Source: Candidatus Latescibacterota bacterium (GTDB lineage Bacteria; Latescibacterota; UBA2968; SICM01). From it: a stretch of 64,000 nt of DNA. Shown here piece by piece: positions 53,422-64,000 of this stretch (within the stretch, counting starts at the first letter, position 1; the number at the start of each line of letters is the position of its first letter). The notes under the pieces are model-generated. The model searched no databases, was not told the DNA's origin, and saw only the letters and a program-made list of their open reading frames with translations. Both the position numbers and the translations under genes were made by a program. The stretch is from positions 800,001 to 864,000 of the forward strand of contig CBDCJO010000002.1 in NCBI GenBank assembly GCA_965217865.1, in the 5' to 3' direction.

Positions 53422-54120
53422 ATGCCTGAAACTTCGATCATCATTCGCACTTTCAATGAACAAAAATACTTGCCCGATTTGTTGAAAACAATCCAGGAGC
53501 AGACATATCGAAACTTTGAGCTGATCGTAGTGGACTCGGGGTCGCTCGATCGGACAAGGGAGATCGCTGAGGAATATTGCGATAAAATTATTCGGGTTCG
53601 AAGGCAGGATTTTACATTCGGCCATTCATTGAACGTAGGGATTCAGCACAGTACCAGTCCGTTTATCGCGATTGTTTCCGCACATACAAAACCCATCGGG
53701 GAAAGTTGGCTTGCCCGATTGATTGAGCCACTTCGGGGCGATCGATCGGCCATGGTTTTTGGGAGACAGATGGGATGGGGGTCCTCTAAGTTTTCAGAAA
53801 TTCAGGATTTTGAGCGGACCTTTTCGCTGGGGCGTGAAACCCGGAAGCCTCCTCATTTTTCTGTTAACAACGCGAATTCTGCAATCCGGAGGGATCTCTG
53901 GGAGCGACGCGGTTTTGATGAGGTTCTGCCTGGATTGGAGGATATCGAGTGGGCGAAGCACTGGGTGGAAAGGGGCTTCGAGGTGATTTACGAACCGGAG
54001 GCGGCGATCTTTCACATTCACGAGGAGACGTGGCCGCAGGTTCAACGACGATATTATCGTAAGGGGGTTGCGGCCAGGAGGATCGGGATCAGAGTCGGAA
54101 AGGGATTCCACATGATCTGA
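53422..54120 (+). CDS. Glycosyltransferase family 2 (rhamnosyltransferase-like), possibly C-truncated
   Basis: SIIIRTFNE, IVVDSGS.D.T and EDIEWA motifs. Confidence 0.85.
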   Translation: MPETSIIIRTFNEQKYLPDLLKTIQEQTYRNFELIVVDSGSLDRTREIAEEYCDKIIRVRRQDFTFGHSLNVGIQHSTSPFIAIVSAHTKPIGESWLARLIEPLRGDRSAMVFGRQMGWGSSKFSEIQDFERTFSLGRETRKPPHFSVNNANSAIRRDLWERRGFDEVLPGLEDIEWAKHWVERGFEVIYEPEAAIFHIHEETWPQVQRRYYRKGVAARRIGIRVGKGFHMI

Positions 54121-54187
54121 TATCTGAAGGTAAGAATCTTGCGGTCGACCTATCTCGAGCGAAGGTGGACGATTTGTTGAAAAAATA

Positions 54188-54637
54188 ATGAAAATGAGAG
54201 CTTTTATTGAAAAGCTAAGGCGCAGCAAAGTTATTTATGTAGCAGCAGTTTTTCCAATAGGCCTGCTTATTTGCAGATTCCCTTTTCTTCGAAATTATAA
54301 ATTTCATTTACTATCCTCTTGGCAAATTTCGGAACAGAGAAAAGGAGTGGATCATTTCTTTTATGGCAAGGCGCTTTCATACTGGTTCAGGTTCGAATAC
54401 TTATCTGAAAAGGATCCGGATAAAAGAGAATCGATGAAAGAAATGCTAATGGGGGGGGAGTCGGGCCAGGAATGGGCGAAGTACTATGATTCTCAACCTT
54501 TGGATTTTGAAAGCAAAGTAGGGAATTTATCATATTCTAAGGCCTGTCCTGTGTTGCCTGAATTAGGCAGGGTACTTTCCTTAACGACAGAATCTTTTAT
54601 TGTGGTTCAAATAGGCAGTTCTTCCGGGAGAGGGTGA
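54188..54637 (+). pseudogene. Methyltransferase-like gene truncated at SAM motif I
   Basis: Ends VVQIGSSSGRG*, directly before an IS630 remnant. Confidence 0.55.
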
Positions 54638-54639
54638 TT

Positions 54640-54960
54640 TATTAAGTAATGTCTTTTTCCCCAAAAACTAAACTAAGTACATAGATTTGTAAATACGATG
54701 ACATATTGATTAACGGGTCCTTCGGCCCTCTATTCTCCTTAGGAAAGGAGGAGGATATGCCCCGGGGGAGCCCTTTTACAATTGTCTTAGCCGAGGATGA
54801 GAAACAGGTCCTCGAAGGGATAGCGAGGCAATATACGTCATCATATTACCAAGTCATCAGGTCCAAGCTCATTCTATTGTCGGCGGAAGGCCTTTCTAAC
54901 AAACGCATCGCTGAAAGGCTGGACATCCCCCGACAGATCGTCAGCAAGTATGACGATCGG
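54640..54960 (+). mobile_element. IS630-family N-terminal HTH remnant
   Basis: AAGGAGG RBS; IVL...E...L...R.KLILL.AEG.SN..IA.RL......VSK pattern, truncated. Confidence 0.7.
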
Positions 54961-54977
54961 TTGACCTTCTTCTGAAA

Positions 54978-55874
54978 ATGCCAATTCATCAGTTTATCAA
55001 TTCTATAAGGGCTATTTGTCGAAATCCTCATGTGAGTACTTTTAAAGGAATTGGAAAGCATTTATTATTTCAAATCCGGAAATACACAGGTCTTTTTCCT
55101 TTTGAGCAACAACTATCTAAATCAATCATCTTTGCGCTTAACAAAAAGTGTGGCGTTTCTGCTTTAATTAATAACCAGGGGATGTATGATTATAACAATA
55201 TGCATTTAATTAAAGAGTTGCTTAAAGAAGGAAGCAATTTTTTTGATATAGGGGCCAATATAGGTTCTTATACGCTGATCGCTTCGGAGCAAGAAAGTGC
55301 GAGAGTCTTTGCGTTTGAGCCGTATCCTTTCAGTTTCCAATCTTTAAAAGATAATGTTGAGCGAAACGGACGATCAAACGTTGCGTTATTCAATATTGCC
55401 CTCGGAGACCGGGACGGGAACGTATATTTTTCCGATAATCCAGACTCTGCAACAAACCATATCGATAAGGAGGACTCTGAAGAGGCAATTTCAGTTTGGT
55501 GCACGAGAGTCGACACATTTTGCGAAAAACGTGGTGTCTTGCCAGAAATAGTCAAAATAGATGTAGAAGGTTTTGAATATGAAGTGCTGAAAGGATTTGG
55601 GAAATATTTAGGAAGTATAGATGTCATTTTCATTGAAATGAAGGGGCGCTCGGATAAGCGATTTGGAAGGTATACACTAAGTGCGGACGCGTTCCTTAAA
55701 TGTGAAAAAAAGATGAAAGAGTTGCTTTCGAATTCGGGACTACAAGGCCCATATTCGTTGGACTACGATGAAAAGACATTCACCATCAGTCGAAGAAATC
55801 AGGAGGATGTGATTTTTATTTCCAGTAAAACCGCTGGATTATTGCGTGAGATGGGTTTCATCTTTGGTGGATAG
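54978..55874 (+). CDS. FkbM-family methyltransferase
   Basis: FDIGANIG.Y, AFEP and KIDVEGFE motifs. Confidence 0.92.
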   Translation: MPIHQFINSIRAICRNPHVSTFKGIGKHLLFQIRKYTGLFPFEQQLSKSIIFALNKKCGVSALINNQGMYDYNNMHLIKELLKEGSNFFDIGANIGSYTLIASEQESARVFAFEPYPFSFQSLKDNVERNGRSNVALFNIALGDRDGNVYFSDNPDSATNHIDKEDSEEAISVWCTRVDTFCEKRGVLPEIVKIDVEGFEYEVLKGFGKYLGSIDVIFIEMKGRSDKRFGRYTLSADAFLKCEKKMKELLSNSGLQGPYSLDYDEKTFTISRRNQEDVIFISSKTAGLLREMGFIFGG

Positions 55875-55914
55875 CAGGTGAATGTGGAACTAATTTGCGT
55901 AATATTCCGGAATT

Positions 55915-56934
55915 GTGAAGGAGGCTAAAGGGTATCAGAGTCTCTCTGGGTTTTTTAAAAGATGCTATGGACAATGGAAATTGATCAGAAATTACATTGG
56001 ACAGGCCGATGTTGTTTTCATCTTTATGGCAACCATCAGGGCCGTCATAGCAGTACATCTTTGCCGAAAATGTAAAAAACCCTTTGCCGTATATTCCGGA
56101 AATGACTGGTACGAGGATTCATGTATAAATTACAAGTGGCAATCCGGGATAAGAAGTTGGGGAAGACCCTTATATGCTTCAGTATTTGGACTGCTTGAAC
56201 GGTATGTCATGCATTCTTCCAGGTTTAAGATCGTAAACGGTTATAAGCTACGGACCCGTTATCGGAATACACCCGGAATTCTCATTCAAACACGTCCTTT
56301 AATCCAGATGCGGTCTGAAGATTGTTGGTTCCGGGAAGATTCTTGCCAGGATATGCATATTCGGATTCTCTGCGTATCAACTCTGATACCACGAAAAGGG
56401 ATCGAATACTTAATAGAAGGTTTCAGTTTGGCAAAGAATCGACTGGCAGACAAAGATCTGCAATTATGGTTGGTGGGTACTTACGGAGACGAAGAATATA
56501 AAAATCGGCTAGATAGAATTGCGAAGACGTGCAACGTAGCGCTTTCGATAAAATGGTGGGGCTACATTCCAAACGGACCGGACCTTTTCGAAGTGTTCCG
56601 GAATGCGGATCTGTTTGTTTTGGCTTCCATAAATGAAGGATTTCCCCGGGTCATCTGGGAAGCCATGGGCCAGGGCCTTCCGATTATCGCATCCGGGATT
56701 CCCAACATCGTGAGGGAGTTCGAGGGTGATAACGTTGTTTTGTTTGTAAAGCCGGGTAGTCCCATCGCAATTGCAGAAGGAATATGTTCCCTGGTGAAAG
56801 ATAATGCGCTCAGGCGCCGTCTAATCTATGAGGGAGCTAAGAAGGTTCGCGAGGTGCTTGAAGAGACAGCCGCGGATCAGTTTATAAATCACTTTAAAGC
56901 TAACTATCAGGGTTGTGAAACACGAGTTCGATAA
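55915..56934 (+). CDS. Glycosyltransferase family 4
   Basis: RKGI..LI and D.FVL.S..EGFP....EAM..GLP motifs; the N-terminus may be incomplete. Confidence 0.88.
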   Translation: MKEAKGYQSLSGFFKRCYGQWKLIRNYIGQADVVFIFMATIRAVIAVHLCRKCKKPFAVYSGNDWYEDSCINYKWQSGIRSWGRPLYASVFGLLERYVMHSSRFKIVNGYKLRTRYRNTPGILIQTRPLIQMRSEDCWFREDSCQDMHIRILCVSTLIPRKGIEYLIEGFSLAKNRLADKDLQLWLVGTYGDEEYKNRLDRIAKTCNVALSIKWWGYIPNGPDLFEVFRNADLFVLASINEGFPRVIWEAMGQGLPIIASGIPNIVREFEGDNVVLFVKPGSPIAIAEGICSLVKDNALRRRLIYEGAKKVREVLEETAADQFINHFKANYQGCETRVR

Positions 56935-57193
56935 GGAAGTACAACACTTTAGATAGGTTGTGTTCTATCCCATGATGAGTGGAAAGGGTTTGTTGGATAA
57001 CTTTCCATCACACAGGTCTTATCGGACAATCATTTTGCTTCTGAATATGCGAACAAGATAGGGCATGTGAGTCTGTTCGTAGAATGCCTCTCTTTGACAG
57101 CGAAGGGAAGCACGTTTGTGTCGAGGGGATTTATCGATTATTATCGGGGTTCACCATAAAAGCGGGTGCTCTTTCCCTTTAAGACCAAGAGAT

Positions 57194-57853
57194 ATGGAAA
57201 TGAAAGCTTTCATAAGAAAGTCAGCAAAAAGGGCTCTTTTGCGAACCCATATCGGAAAGAGGCTGATTCGTTACCACAGTTTGTGGCCCGATTTGGAAAG
57301 AATTGGGTGGCTTAGAAGTGTCGAGGAAGGATTGCCCGTTGATCGAGATGGTAACTGCCTCCCGTGGTTCACTTATCCAATGATATCTTTCTTAAACGGA
57401 AAGATACAATCAAATTTTACCGTATTCGAATACGGAAGCGGAAACTCAACTTTGTGGTGGAGCAAGCAAGTCTCCAGCCTCACTTCATGTGAACATGAAC
57501 TTGAATGGTACAATTTTTTGAAAGAGAGAATTCCGTCAAATGTAAAGTATATACATTGTGAGCTTGATTATGGCGGACAATACTGCAAGACCATTCTGGG
57601 ATACAAAGATAGATTCAACATTATCGTTATTGATGGCAGGGACAGGGTCAACTGTGCCAAGAATTCTCTTGAAGCATTGAAGGATGATGGCGTGATCATT
57701 TGGGATAATAGTGACCGAGAAAAATATCAAGAAGGATACTCTTATCTAATACAAAATGGGTTCAGACGTATTGATTTCGAGGGACTTGGACCAATCGGTA
57801 GTCAATGGTGTACTTCAGTATTCTATCGGGATAACAACTGCTTCGAAATATGA
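57194..57853 (+). CDS. SAM-dependent methyltransferase-like protein
   Basis: PWFTYP, VFEYGSGNSTLWW, IDGRDR and DNS.R motifs. Confidence 0.85.
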   Translation: MEMKAFIRKSAKRALLRTHIGKRLIRYHSLWPDLERIGWLRSVEEGLPVDRDGNCLPWFTYPMISFLNGKIQSNFTVFEYGSGNSTLWWSKQVSSLTSCEHELEWYNFLKERIPSNVKYIHCELDYGGQYCKTILGYKDRFNIIVIDGRDRVNCAKNSLEALKDDGVIIWDNSDREKYQEGYSYLIQNGFRRIDFEGLGPIGSQWCTSVFYRDNNCFEI

Positions 57854-57943
57854 TAATGAAATCGGCGTATATTTCCCAGTGGCCGCGAGTAAATCCGAAG
57901 ATAAAGATCGCGATCGATGCGATACCGATCCCCAATTGCGCTA

Positions 57944-59471
57944 CCAGCCTGTTGAAAAAGTGCGTTTATGCCAAGATGACTGTTGTCTTTCCTTGTGGTT
58001 TGGTCCTATGATATATCAGGTTCAAACTGAGAAGGGAGGACGAGCAAATGGCAATGGGAAAACGAGGACGACAGAGACAGGAAAACCTGTTCATCGCATC
58101 GAACACTTTGGTGAAATCTCCGGGTCATCCGTTCTACGAGAAGCTGAATCAGGTATTGGGGGCGAACGGCTTCGACGAGTTCGTCGAGGGGCTTTGCCAG
58201 CGGTATTACGCTCCTCATATGGGTCGCAAGGGCATTCCGCCCGGGGTTTATTTTCGGATGCTTTTGATTGGGTATTTCGAGGGACTTGATTCGGAACGTG
58301 GGATCGAATGGCGTGTATCTGACTCGCTGACGTTGCGCCGGTTTTTGGGGTATGCCCTTGACGAACAGACCCCGGATCATTCCAGCCTGTCTCGCATCCG
58401 GCATCGGCTTCCCTTGGAAGTTCACGAAGCGGTTTTCAAGTGGATCCTGAGGGTCTTGTGCAAAGCGGGTCTGGTGAAGGGGAAGACGTTGGGCGTGGAT
58501 GCTACGACACTGGAGGCCAACGCCGCGATGCGCAGCATTGTACGCCGTGACACGGGTGAAGGCTACCAGGCATTCCTTGAGAATCTGGCCAAGGCCTCGG
58601 GCATTGAAACGCCTACCCGCGAGGACTTGTCCAAGATCGATAAGAAGCGACCGAAGAAGGGATCGAACCAGGACTGGGAGCACCCGCACGACCCGGATGC
58701 CAAGATCGCTAAGATGAAGGACGGTCGCACGCACATGGCGCACAAGGTGGAGCACGCGGTGGATCTGGACACCAATGCCATTGTGGCAGTGGCGTTGTCG
58801 GGAGCAGATGAAGGAGATACCGAGTCGTTGCCCTGGACGCTGCTCGAGGCGCAGCTCAATCTCAAGCAGGTCGCGAAGGACGAAAAAGCTGCCAAACGTT
58901 TGCACAGACAGCGTATACGGGAGGTGGTTGCGGACAAAGGATATCATAGCAACGATGTATTGACCAGTCTGAAGCAAGGCGGCATCCGGAGTTACATTTC
59001 AGAACCGGATCGGGGACGCCGCAAGTGGAACGGCCGACGAGATGAGCAGGCCGCGGTATATGCGAATCGACGCCGGATCAAGGGAGATCGCGGCAAGGCC
59101 TTGCGCCGAAGTCGTGCAGAACGGGTGGAAAGAACCATCGCTCACACATATGATACCGGTGGCATGCGCAGGTTGCACTTGAGAGACCGCGGCAATATCC
59201 TCAAGCGTTTGCTGATCCACATCGGGGGCTGCAACCTGGCTCTGCTCATGCGCAAAGTGATGGGCGTAGGTACTCCGAAGGCCCTCCAGGACCTGGCCAA
59301 GGCCTTGCAGCGTCTACTGCTCGTCCTACAATCACGTTTGCTGCCCTCGGTCACCTTTTTAACCTCTTATCAGCGTCTCCTGCTCAATCTCCTTACCTTG
59401 ATTTATCTGACCCGCACTCCAGGCGTCTTTTCCGTTTATGTGCGTTGAAAGGTAGTTCTTCAACGGGCTGC
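57944..59471 (+). mobile_element. IS1182/IS5-like insertion sequence, copy 2 (1528 bp, inverted)
   Basis: Transposase 58048..59448 has the same protein sequence as copy 1; same IRs and TA flanks. Confidence 0.9.
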
Positions 59472-59600
59472 TATCCTTGATCGCTCCTTTCGACTACATC
59501 CTGAGCGGAGTCCCCTTGTTCTTTGAGGGGACGCAGTCGAAGGATGCTGTTTTGATCCAAATTAACTAACTATCAAGTAAAATGAAAGTCCTACGCTAAT

Positions 59601-61640
59601 ATGTGTGGAATTTTTGGATATATAAATCCGTCGACGCGTCATGATGGTCTTTATGATATCAAGACCATACTGAAATCGATGTATCATCGGGGGCCGGATG
59701 ATTCGGGGTATTTTTCCGCCTGTGGGATCCGTTTTAAGCTTCATGGTGAACCTGTCGACAACCCGGCTGAGGGTCCTCATCCAAATGTAGGGCTGGGGCA
59801 TACCAGACTTTCGATTATTGATCTATCTCGTGCGGGCCGTCAACCGATGGCCAATGAGAATAACACAATATGGATTACTTATAATGGGGAGATCTATAAT
59901 TTCAAAGAAATCAAGCACGAATTGAGGCAAAAGGGTCATCTTTTCCGGTCTGAGACGGATACTGAGGTTGTCGTCCACGCATATGAGGAGTGGGGGCCGG
60001 AGTGTCTAGATCGGTTTAACGGGATGTTCGCCTTTGCCATCTACGATGCACGGGATCGTAGTTTATTTCTGGCCCGAGATCGACTCGGGATTAAGCCGCT
60101 TTACTGGAGTGCCAGAGGAGATTTATTGGTTTTTGCCTCTGAGATCAAGGCGTTGATGAAAATTCCTGAAATACAGGTGGAGGTGGACTGGGAAGGACTC
60201 CTAGGATATCTTATCTTCTGCTGGTCCCCGGAACCCAGGACATCCTTTAAGGGTGTTGAAAAACTTCCCCCTGGCCACTGGCTTTTATGGCGTGACGGCC
60301 AGATCAAGATTCATTGTTACTGGGATGTGCCATTTGACAGAGAGCAAAAAGATCTTGGAGAAGAAGCCTACGGAGAACGTCTTGATGAACTCATCCAGAA
60401 TGCAGTCGAGAGGCGGATGTTGGGTGATGTGCCTGTTGGGGTATTCCTGAGCGATGGCCTTGACTCCAGCCTTATCGCAACCCTGATGACCCAACCCGAA
60501 AGAGAACGAGTCGCTGCCTATACGGTAACTTTTGATGAACAGGATAAGGCTTATGAGGCAATGCCCGATGACCAGATTTACGCCCGTAAGGTTGCAGACC
60601 TCATCAAAGCGGACCACCGGGAAATTCTGATCCGACCCGACATTTCCAAGCTCCTTCCAGAAATCATCTGGCATCTGGAAGAACCGATTGCCGATCCCGC
60701 TGCTATTAATACATACTTGATCAGCAAAGCGGCTAAGGAGGCAGGCACTACGGTGTTGCTTTCAGGAATGGGTGCTGATGAAATTTTCGCTGGTTATCGG
60801 AAGCATATATCGGTCTATCTGGCAGGAATCTACAAGCGGTTTTTGCCCGAGTTCTTTCGGGATGGACTCCTCAGACCAACAATAGATCGTTTGCCCGTGG
60901 CCGGCCGGAATGACGGGTACCGGTTTTTCCGATGGGCAAAGCGGTTTACGAAGAGCGCTTCTCTGGCGGATGTAGAGTGCTTCATCGGAAATTATGCTTA
61001 TTGCAACGCCGTTGAAATCAATGAACTTTTACATCCAGACCTTCAAGTCGATTGGGATGGAATTTACCCCATTCAAAGGCACTACGATTATTTTTCAAAC
61101 GTCAGAGACCGTGATCTGATTTCTCAGATGACCTATGTGGATACCAAGCTTTTTCTTCCGGGTCTGAATTTGGCATATACGGATAAAGCCAGTATGGCAG
61201 CCTCTGTGGAAGAACGGGTTCCATTTGTGGACCATGAGATTGTGTCTTTTGCTTTGAATTTACCGTCAAAGTATCGAATACACAGACTGACGCAGAAATA
61301 TCTCCTTAAAAAGATTGCCACAAAATATCTTCCCCGGGAAATTGTATACCGTCCCAAAGCCCCCTTCGGGGCCCCTTTGCGATCGTGGATGCATCGAGAT
61401 CTGGGTCCACTCGTTGATGAACTCCTATCTGAGGAGAGTATCCGCCGCCGCGGATACTTTCGTTATAAAGCGGTACGAAAGATGATCGAAGATAATCGAA
61501 ATGGCCGGCAGGATTTCGGGCATCGAATTTGGGCTTTGCTTACGATTGAGCTCTGGCATCGTAATTTCGTTGACCAAGAAAAAGACACTTCACAAACTAT
61601 AAAAACAAATCTGGTAAAGGACATTTCTAAATTTAGCTGA
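59601..61640 (+). CDS. asnB: Second asparagine synthase-like amidotransferase
   Basis: MCGI, HRGPD, NGEIYN, SG.GADE. The PP-loop reads LSDGLDS rather than LSGG.DS. Confidence 0.9.
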   Translation: MCGIFGYINPSTRHDGLYDIKTILKSMYHRGPDDSGYFSACGIRFKLHGEPVDNPAEGPHPNVGLGHTRLSIIDLSRAGRQPMANENNTIWITYNGEIYNFKEIKHELRQKGHLFRSETDTEVVVHAYEEWGPECLDRFNGMFAFAIYDARDRSLFLARDRLGIKPLYWSARGDLLVFASEIKALMKIPEIQVEVDWEGLLGYLIFCWSPEPRTSFKGVEKLPPGHWLLWRDGQIKIHCYWDVPFDREQKDLGEEAYGERLDELIQNAVERRMLGDVPVGVFLSDGLDSSLIATLMTQPERERVAAYTVTFDEQDKAYEAMPDDQIYARKVADLIKADHREILIRPDISKLLPEIIWHLEEPIADPAAINTYLISKAAKEAGTTVLLSGMGADEIFAGYRKHISVYLAGIYKRFLPEFFRDGLLRPTIDRLPVAGRNDGYRFFRWAKRFTKSASLADVECFIGNYAYCNAVEINELLHPDLQVDWDGIYPIQRHYDYFSNVRDRDLISQMTYVDTKLFLPGLNLAYTDKASMAASVEERVPFVDHEIVSFALNLPSKYRIHRLTQKYLLKKIATKYLPREIVYRPKAPFGAPLRSWMHRDLGPLVDELLSEESIRRRGYFRYKAVRKMIEDNRNGRQDFGHRIWALLTIELWHRNFVDQEKDTSQTIKTNLVKDISKFS

Positions 61641-61691
61641 ATCAGCATGACCAGAGTGTAACCATTTTGTAGATATTTGGAAGGGAGTTGA

Positions 61692-62594
61692 ATGATTAAG
61701 GATGAAATTAGAGATATTTTACGGTCTCCTGATAATTTAAAGATGTTATATGAGAAAGGCCCAGGCAAACTTCGCTCTGAAGATGGTCAAGAATACCCGA
61801 TTATAGATAATATTTTATGCATGTTAAAAGAAGAAGAAAGGGTTATCGACCAGGGGGACGATAACTTCTATGAGAAGTATCCGTTTGGTGAGAGAGATTG
61901 GTCAAATCCAGACGAAATAGAATCGGGCGTGGAAGAAGAGTTAAAATGTCTCCTGACAGAATATCCGAAGGCAGCAATCATTGTAGATGTAGGCGCGGGA
62001 ACAGGTCGAATATCGAACTATCTGAGCCTTAAATCTTTTGAAAATGCAGTAAGTTTGGATTATAGCATTATTTCCCTCAGGCAAGTCGTGGCCAACAGCA
62101 ACAACGTGTGTATTTGGGGAAATAACCTGCATTTGCCATTTTCATCCTCCTCGGTTGATATGGTGATTTCCTCTGGGGTTATTCATCATACGCCTGATCC
62201 TGAAAAGGCTTTTGAGGAGTGTGAAAGGGTTTTAAAGCCCGGTGGGAGGATATATCTTAGGGTATATAATAAATACAGTTTGTACGGATTTTTATACCAT
62301 ACATATGGCGCTTTTATAAGATCTCTTGAATCAATTAGAGCAACCTTTCTAGTAGATGTATTCGGTTTTTATTTATATAGATTGGCCTGGAAGCTTCTCA
62401 ATCGCTCAGTCAGAAAAGGGAATTCCAAAATACTTAGAGCCAAATTCGCAAATCTTTTCTGTAAAAAAATGGTTCATTTCTTTACAAATTCTGAAATTGA
62501 TAATTTAATTAACAAAAATCAATTGATAATTGAGAGCGCAAAAAAGAGGGGGTTGGCGCACAGGATGCATTGTTATGTCGCGAGGAAGACTTGA
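61692..62594 (+). CDS. Class I SAM methyltransferase with Trm112-like N-terminus
   Basis: LRSP...YPIIDNI, DVGAGTG, GVIHHTPD and RVLKPGG motifs. Confidence 0.88.
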   Translation: MIKDEIRDILRSPDNLKMLYEKGPGKLRSEDGQEYPIIDNILCMLKEEERVIDQGDDNFYEKYPFGERDWSNPDEIESGVEEELKCLLTEYPKAAIIVDVGAGTGRISNYLSLKSFENAVSLDYSIISLRQVVANSNNVCIWGNNLHLPFSSSSVDMVISSGVIHHTPDPEKAFEECERVLKPGGRIYLRVYNKYSLYGFLYHTYGAFIRSLESIRATFLVDVFGFYLYRLAWKLLNRSVRKGNSKILRAKFANLFCKKMVHFFTNSEIDNLINKNQLIIESAKKRGLAHRMHCYVARKT

Positions 62595-63620
62595 AGTAAT
62601 TGGACGATTCAAGAATTCAGTTGTTCATCAGTATCAAAAGGGAGAGTTAATTTTTTCTTCGAAAAATGAAATATACCTTGTTCGAAATTTAAAAAAACCG
62701 GATCCCATTCTTGTAGGAAACATTCCATGGCGATTTTTTCAGGAAATCTCAAACATTCGTTTTTTTGATCGTTACTTTAAGCATTCAATATTACAAGTAC
62801 ATATAGGACCACTAAAGGAGAATATCTTGTCGCCACAGGAAATAGCTGGTGGCTTATAAACCTTCAAGGAGAGGTTCATAATCTTAGAAAATTTTCCGAT
62901 ACCCGCCCGATGAATCGTGGAATTTGTGAATCAAACGACGGTTTTATTTATGTAGCTGAATATATTCCGAATCCCGATCGTCTTCCCATTCGGATATTTC
63001 GATCGAAGGACCTTCAAAATTTTGAAGTCGTCTGGCAATTTGGGGAAAAAACTATTCGGCATGTTCATGCCTTGATTGCAGATCCGGCGATAGAAAACCG
63101 GATATGGGTGCTGACGGGAGATCTTGATGGTGAAAGCCACATCTATTTTACAGATGATGAATTTAATTCCTTAAATGCCTTTCTTAGCGCAGGGCAAATG
63201 TCTAGAGCAACTGATCTTATCATACGCAATGGATTCCTTTTTTGGGGTATGGATTCACCGGTAGAATCTTCGTTCATTTTGCGAGCGAGTATTGATTTGC
63301 CGGATCGATATGAAAAATTATATGAATTACCTGGTCCGGCTTATTATCTTGCCCAGAATGAGGCGGGTGGGATATATCTCGGAACCACAGTGGAACCGGG
63401 CCCATCGGTTAAAGATAACTATGGATATATATTTGGTTTAGGGCCGGACAACGTTTGGAATGAACTTTTACGGTGTAAAAATGATATCTTTCCTCAATAT
63501 GGGATATTCTATTTTCCGAAGGGGGTCCTTCCTGAAAATTATATTGTCTTTTCCCAAAGGGCTCTTGTTCCGGGTGAGGGATTTTTAACGATAGCGAGAG
63601 ACCTTTCGTGGGTGTCGTAA
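62575..63620 (+). pseudogene. Beta-propeller-like polysaccharide-locus protein, frameshifted at ~62800-62818
   Basis: The second frame is open from GEYLVATGNSWW into IY..EY, RHVH..D and W..TGD motifs. Confidence 0.6.
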
Positions 63621-63765
63621 TGAACATAGAATTGATAAGATGGCAATCAATAAATTCCAGACCCTTGCGGAAATATCCAGATGAAAGAAAACCGGAATAA
63701 ATCATCGGTTGGAGCAATACTCGGGTTGGTATATGTGGGTCTTTGCAACCAAGTAAAGGTTACCC

Positions 63766-64000
63766 ATGAAACAGATTTTTCAAAATCTCAGGACCGGTGA
63801 CCTAAAGGTCGAAGACATCCCAACTCCTCAGCTTTTTCCCGGAGGGGTATTGGTCCAAACACATTGTTCCCTCATTAGCGCCGGGACGGAGAAAGCCAAG
63901 ATGGATGTCGCCCGGAAGAGTCTGTTACAAAAGGCGAGAACCCGGCCCGATCTGGTTCGAAAGGTCGTCAACCGGGCAAAAAAGGAAGGGGTTCTGAAGA
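63766..64000 (+). CDS. Bi-domain oxidoreductase (Zn-dehydrogenase + Gfo/Idh/MocA type), N-terminus; runs off the window end
   Basis: Manual translation MKQIFQNLRTGDLKVEDIPTP...SLISAGTE...KARTRPDLV. Confidence 0.85.
   Translation, partial: MKQIFQNLRTGDLKVEDIPTPQLFPGGVLVQTHCSLISAGTEKAKMDVARKSLLQKARTRPDLVRKVVNRAKKEGVLK

Overview
Bacterial chromosomal window, mostly GC-rich with AT-rich inserts. The lineage is uncertain; the carbohydrate-enzyme content plus a DGGGP-synthase-like UbiA would fit an FCB-group organism. Layout: (1) 1-8.4 kb, carbohydrate/amine catabolism genes, several damaged (GH32, duplicated lyase-like protein, frameshifted BNR protein, class III aminotransferase). (2) 8.8-22.4 kb, a nested mobile region. 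An ~11 kb element carrying a DUF2924/large serine recombinase module has inserted at a 5-bp TCCCC core inside a REC-GGDEF gene, whose halves rejoin in frame. Its cargo is a decayed defence island: a Drt4-like reverse transcriptase split by a MITE plus IS1380 at one CTAG (it rejoins to ~516 aa), an AlbA/HATPase pseudogene, an Abi-like gene behind an attC site, and IS630/IS256 scraps. (3) 22.6-39.6 kb, housekeeping genes (ABC ATPase, MFS, ftsK, tsaD, HU) with dispersed REP-like repeats. (4) 39.7-41.4 kb, an integrase-less integron remnant: two promoter+attI-like units, one followed by a complete methyltransferase cassette with attC. (5) ligA and tRNA-Ala(GGC). (6) 44-64 kb, a surface-polysaccharide locus with two inverted IS1182-like copies, two asnB paralogues, a repeat-bracketed four-helix-bundle gene and several methyl-/glycosyltransferases. 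All family calls come from motif recognition by eye, not database searches.
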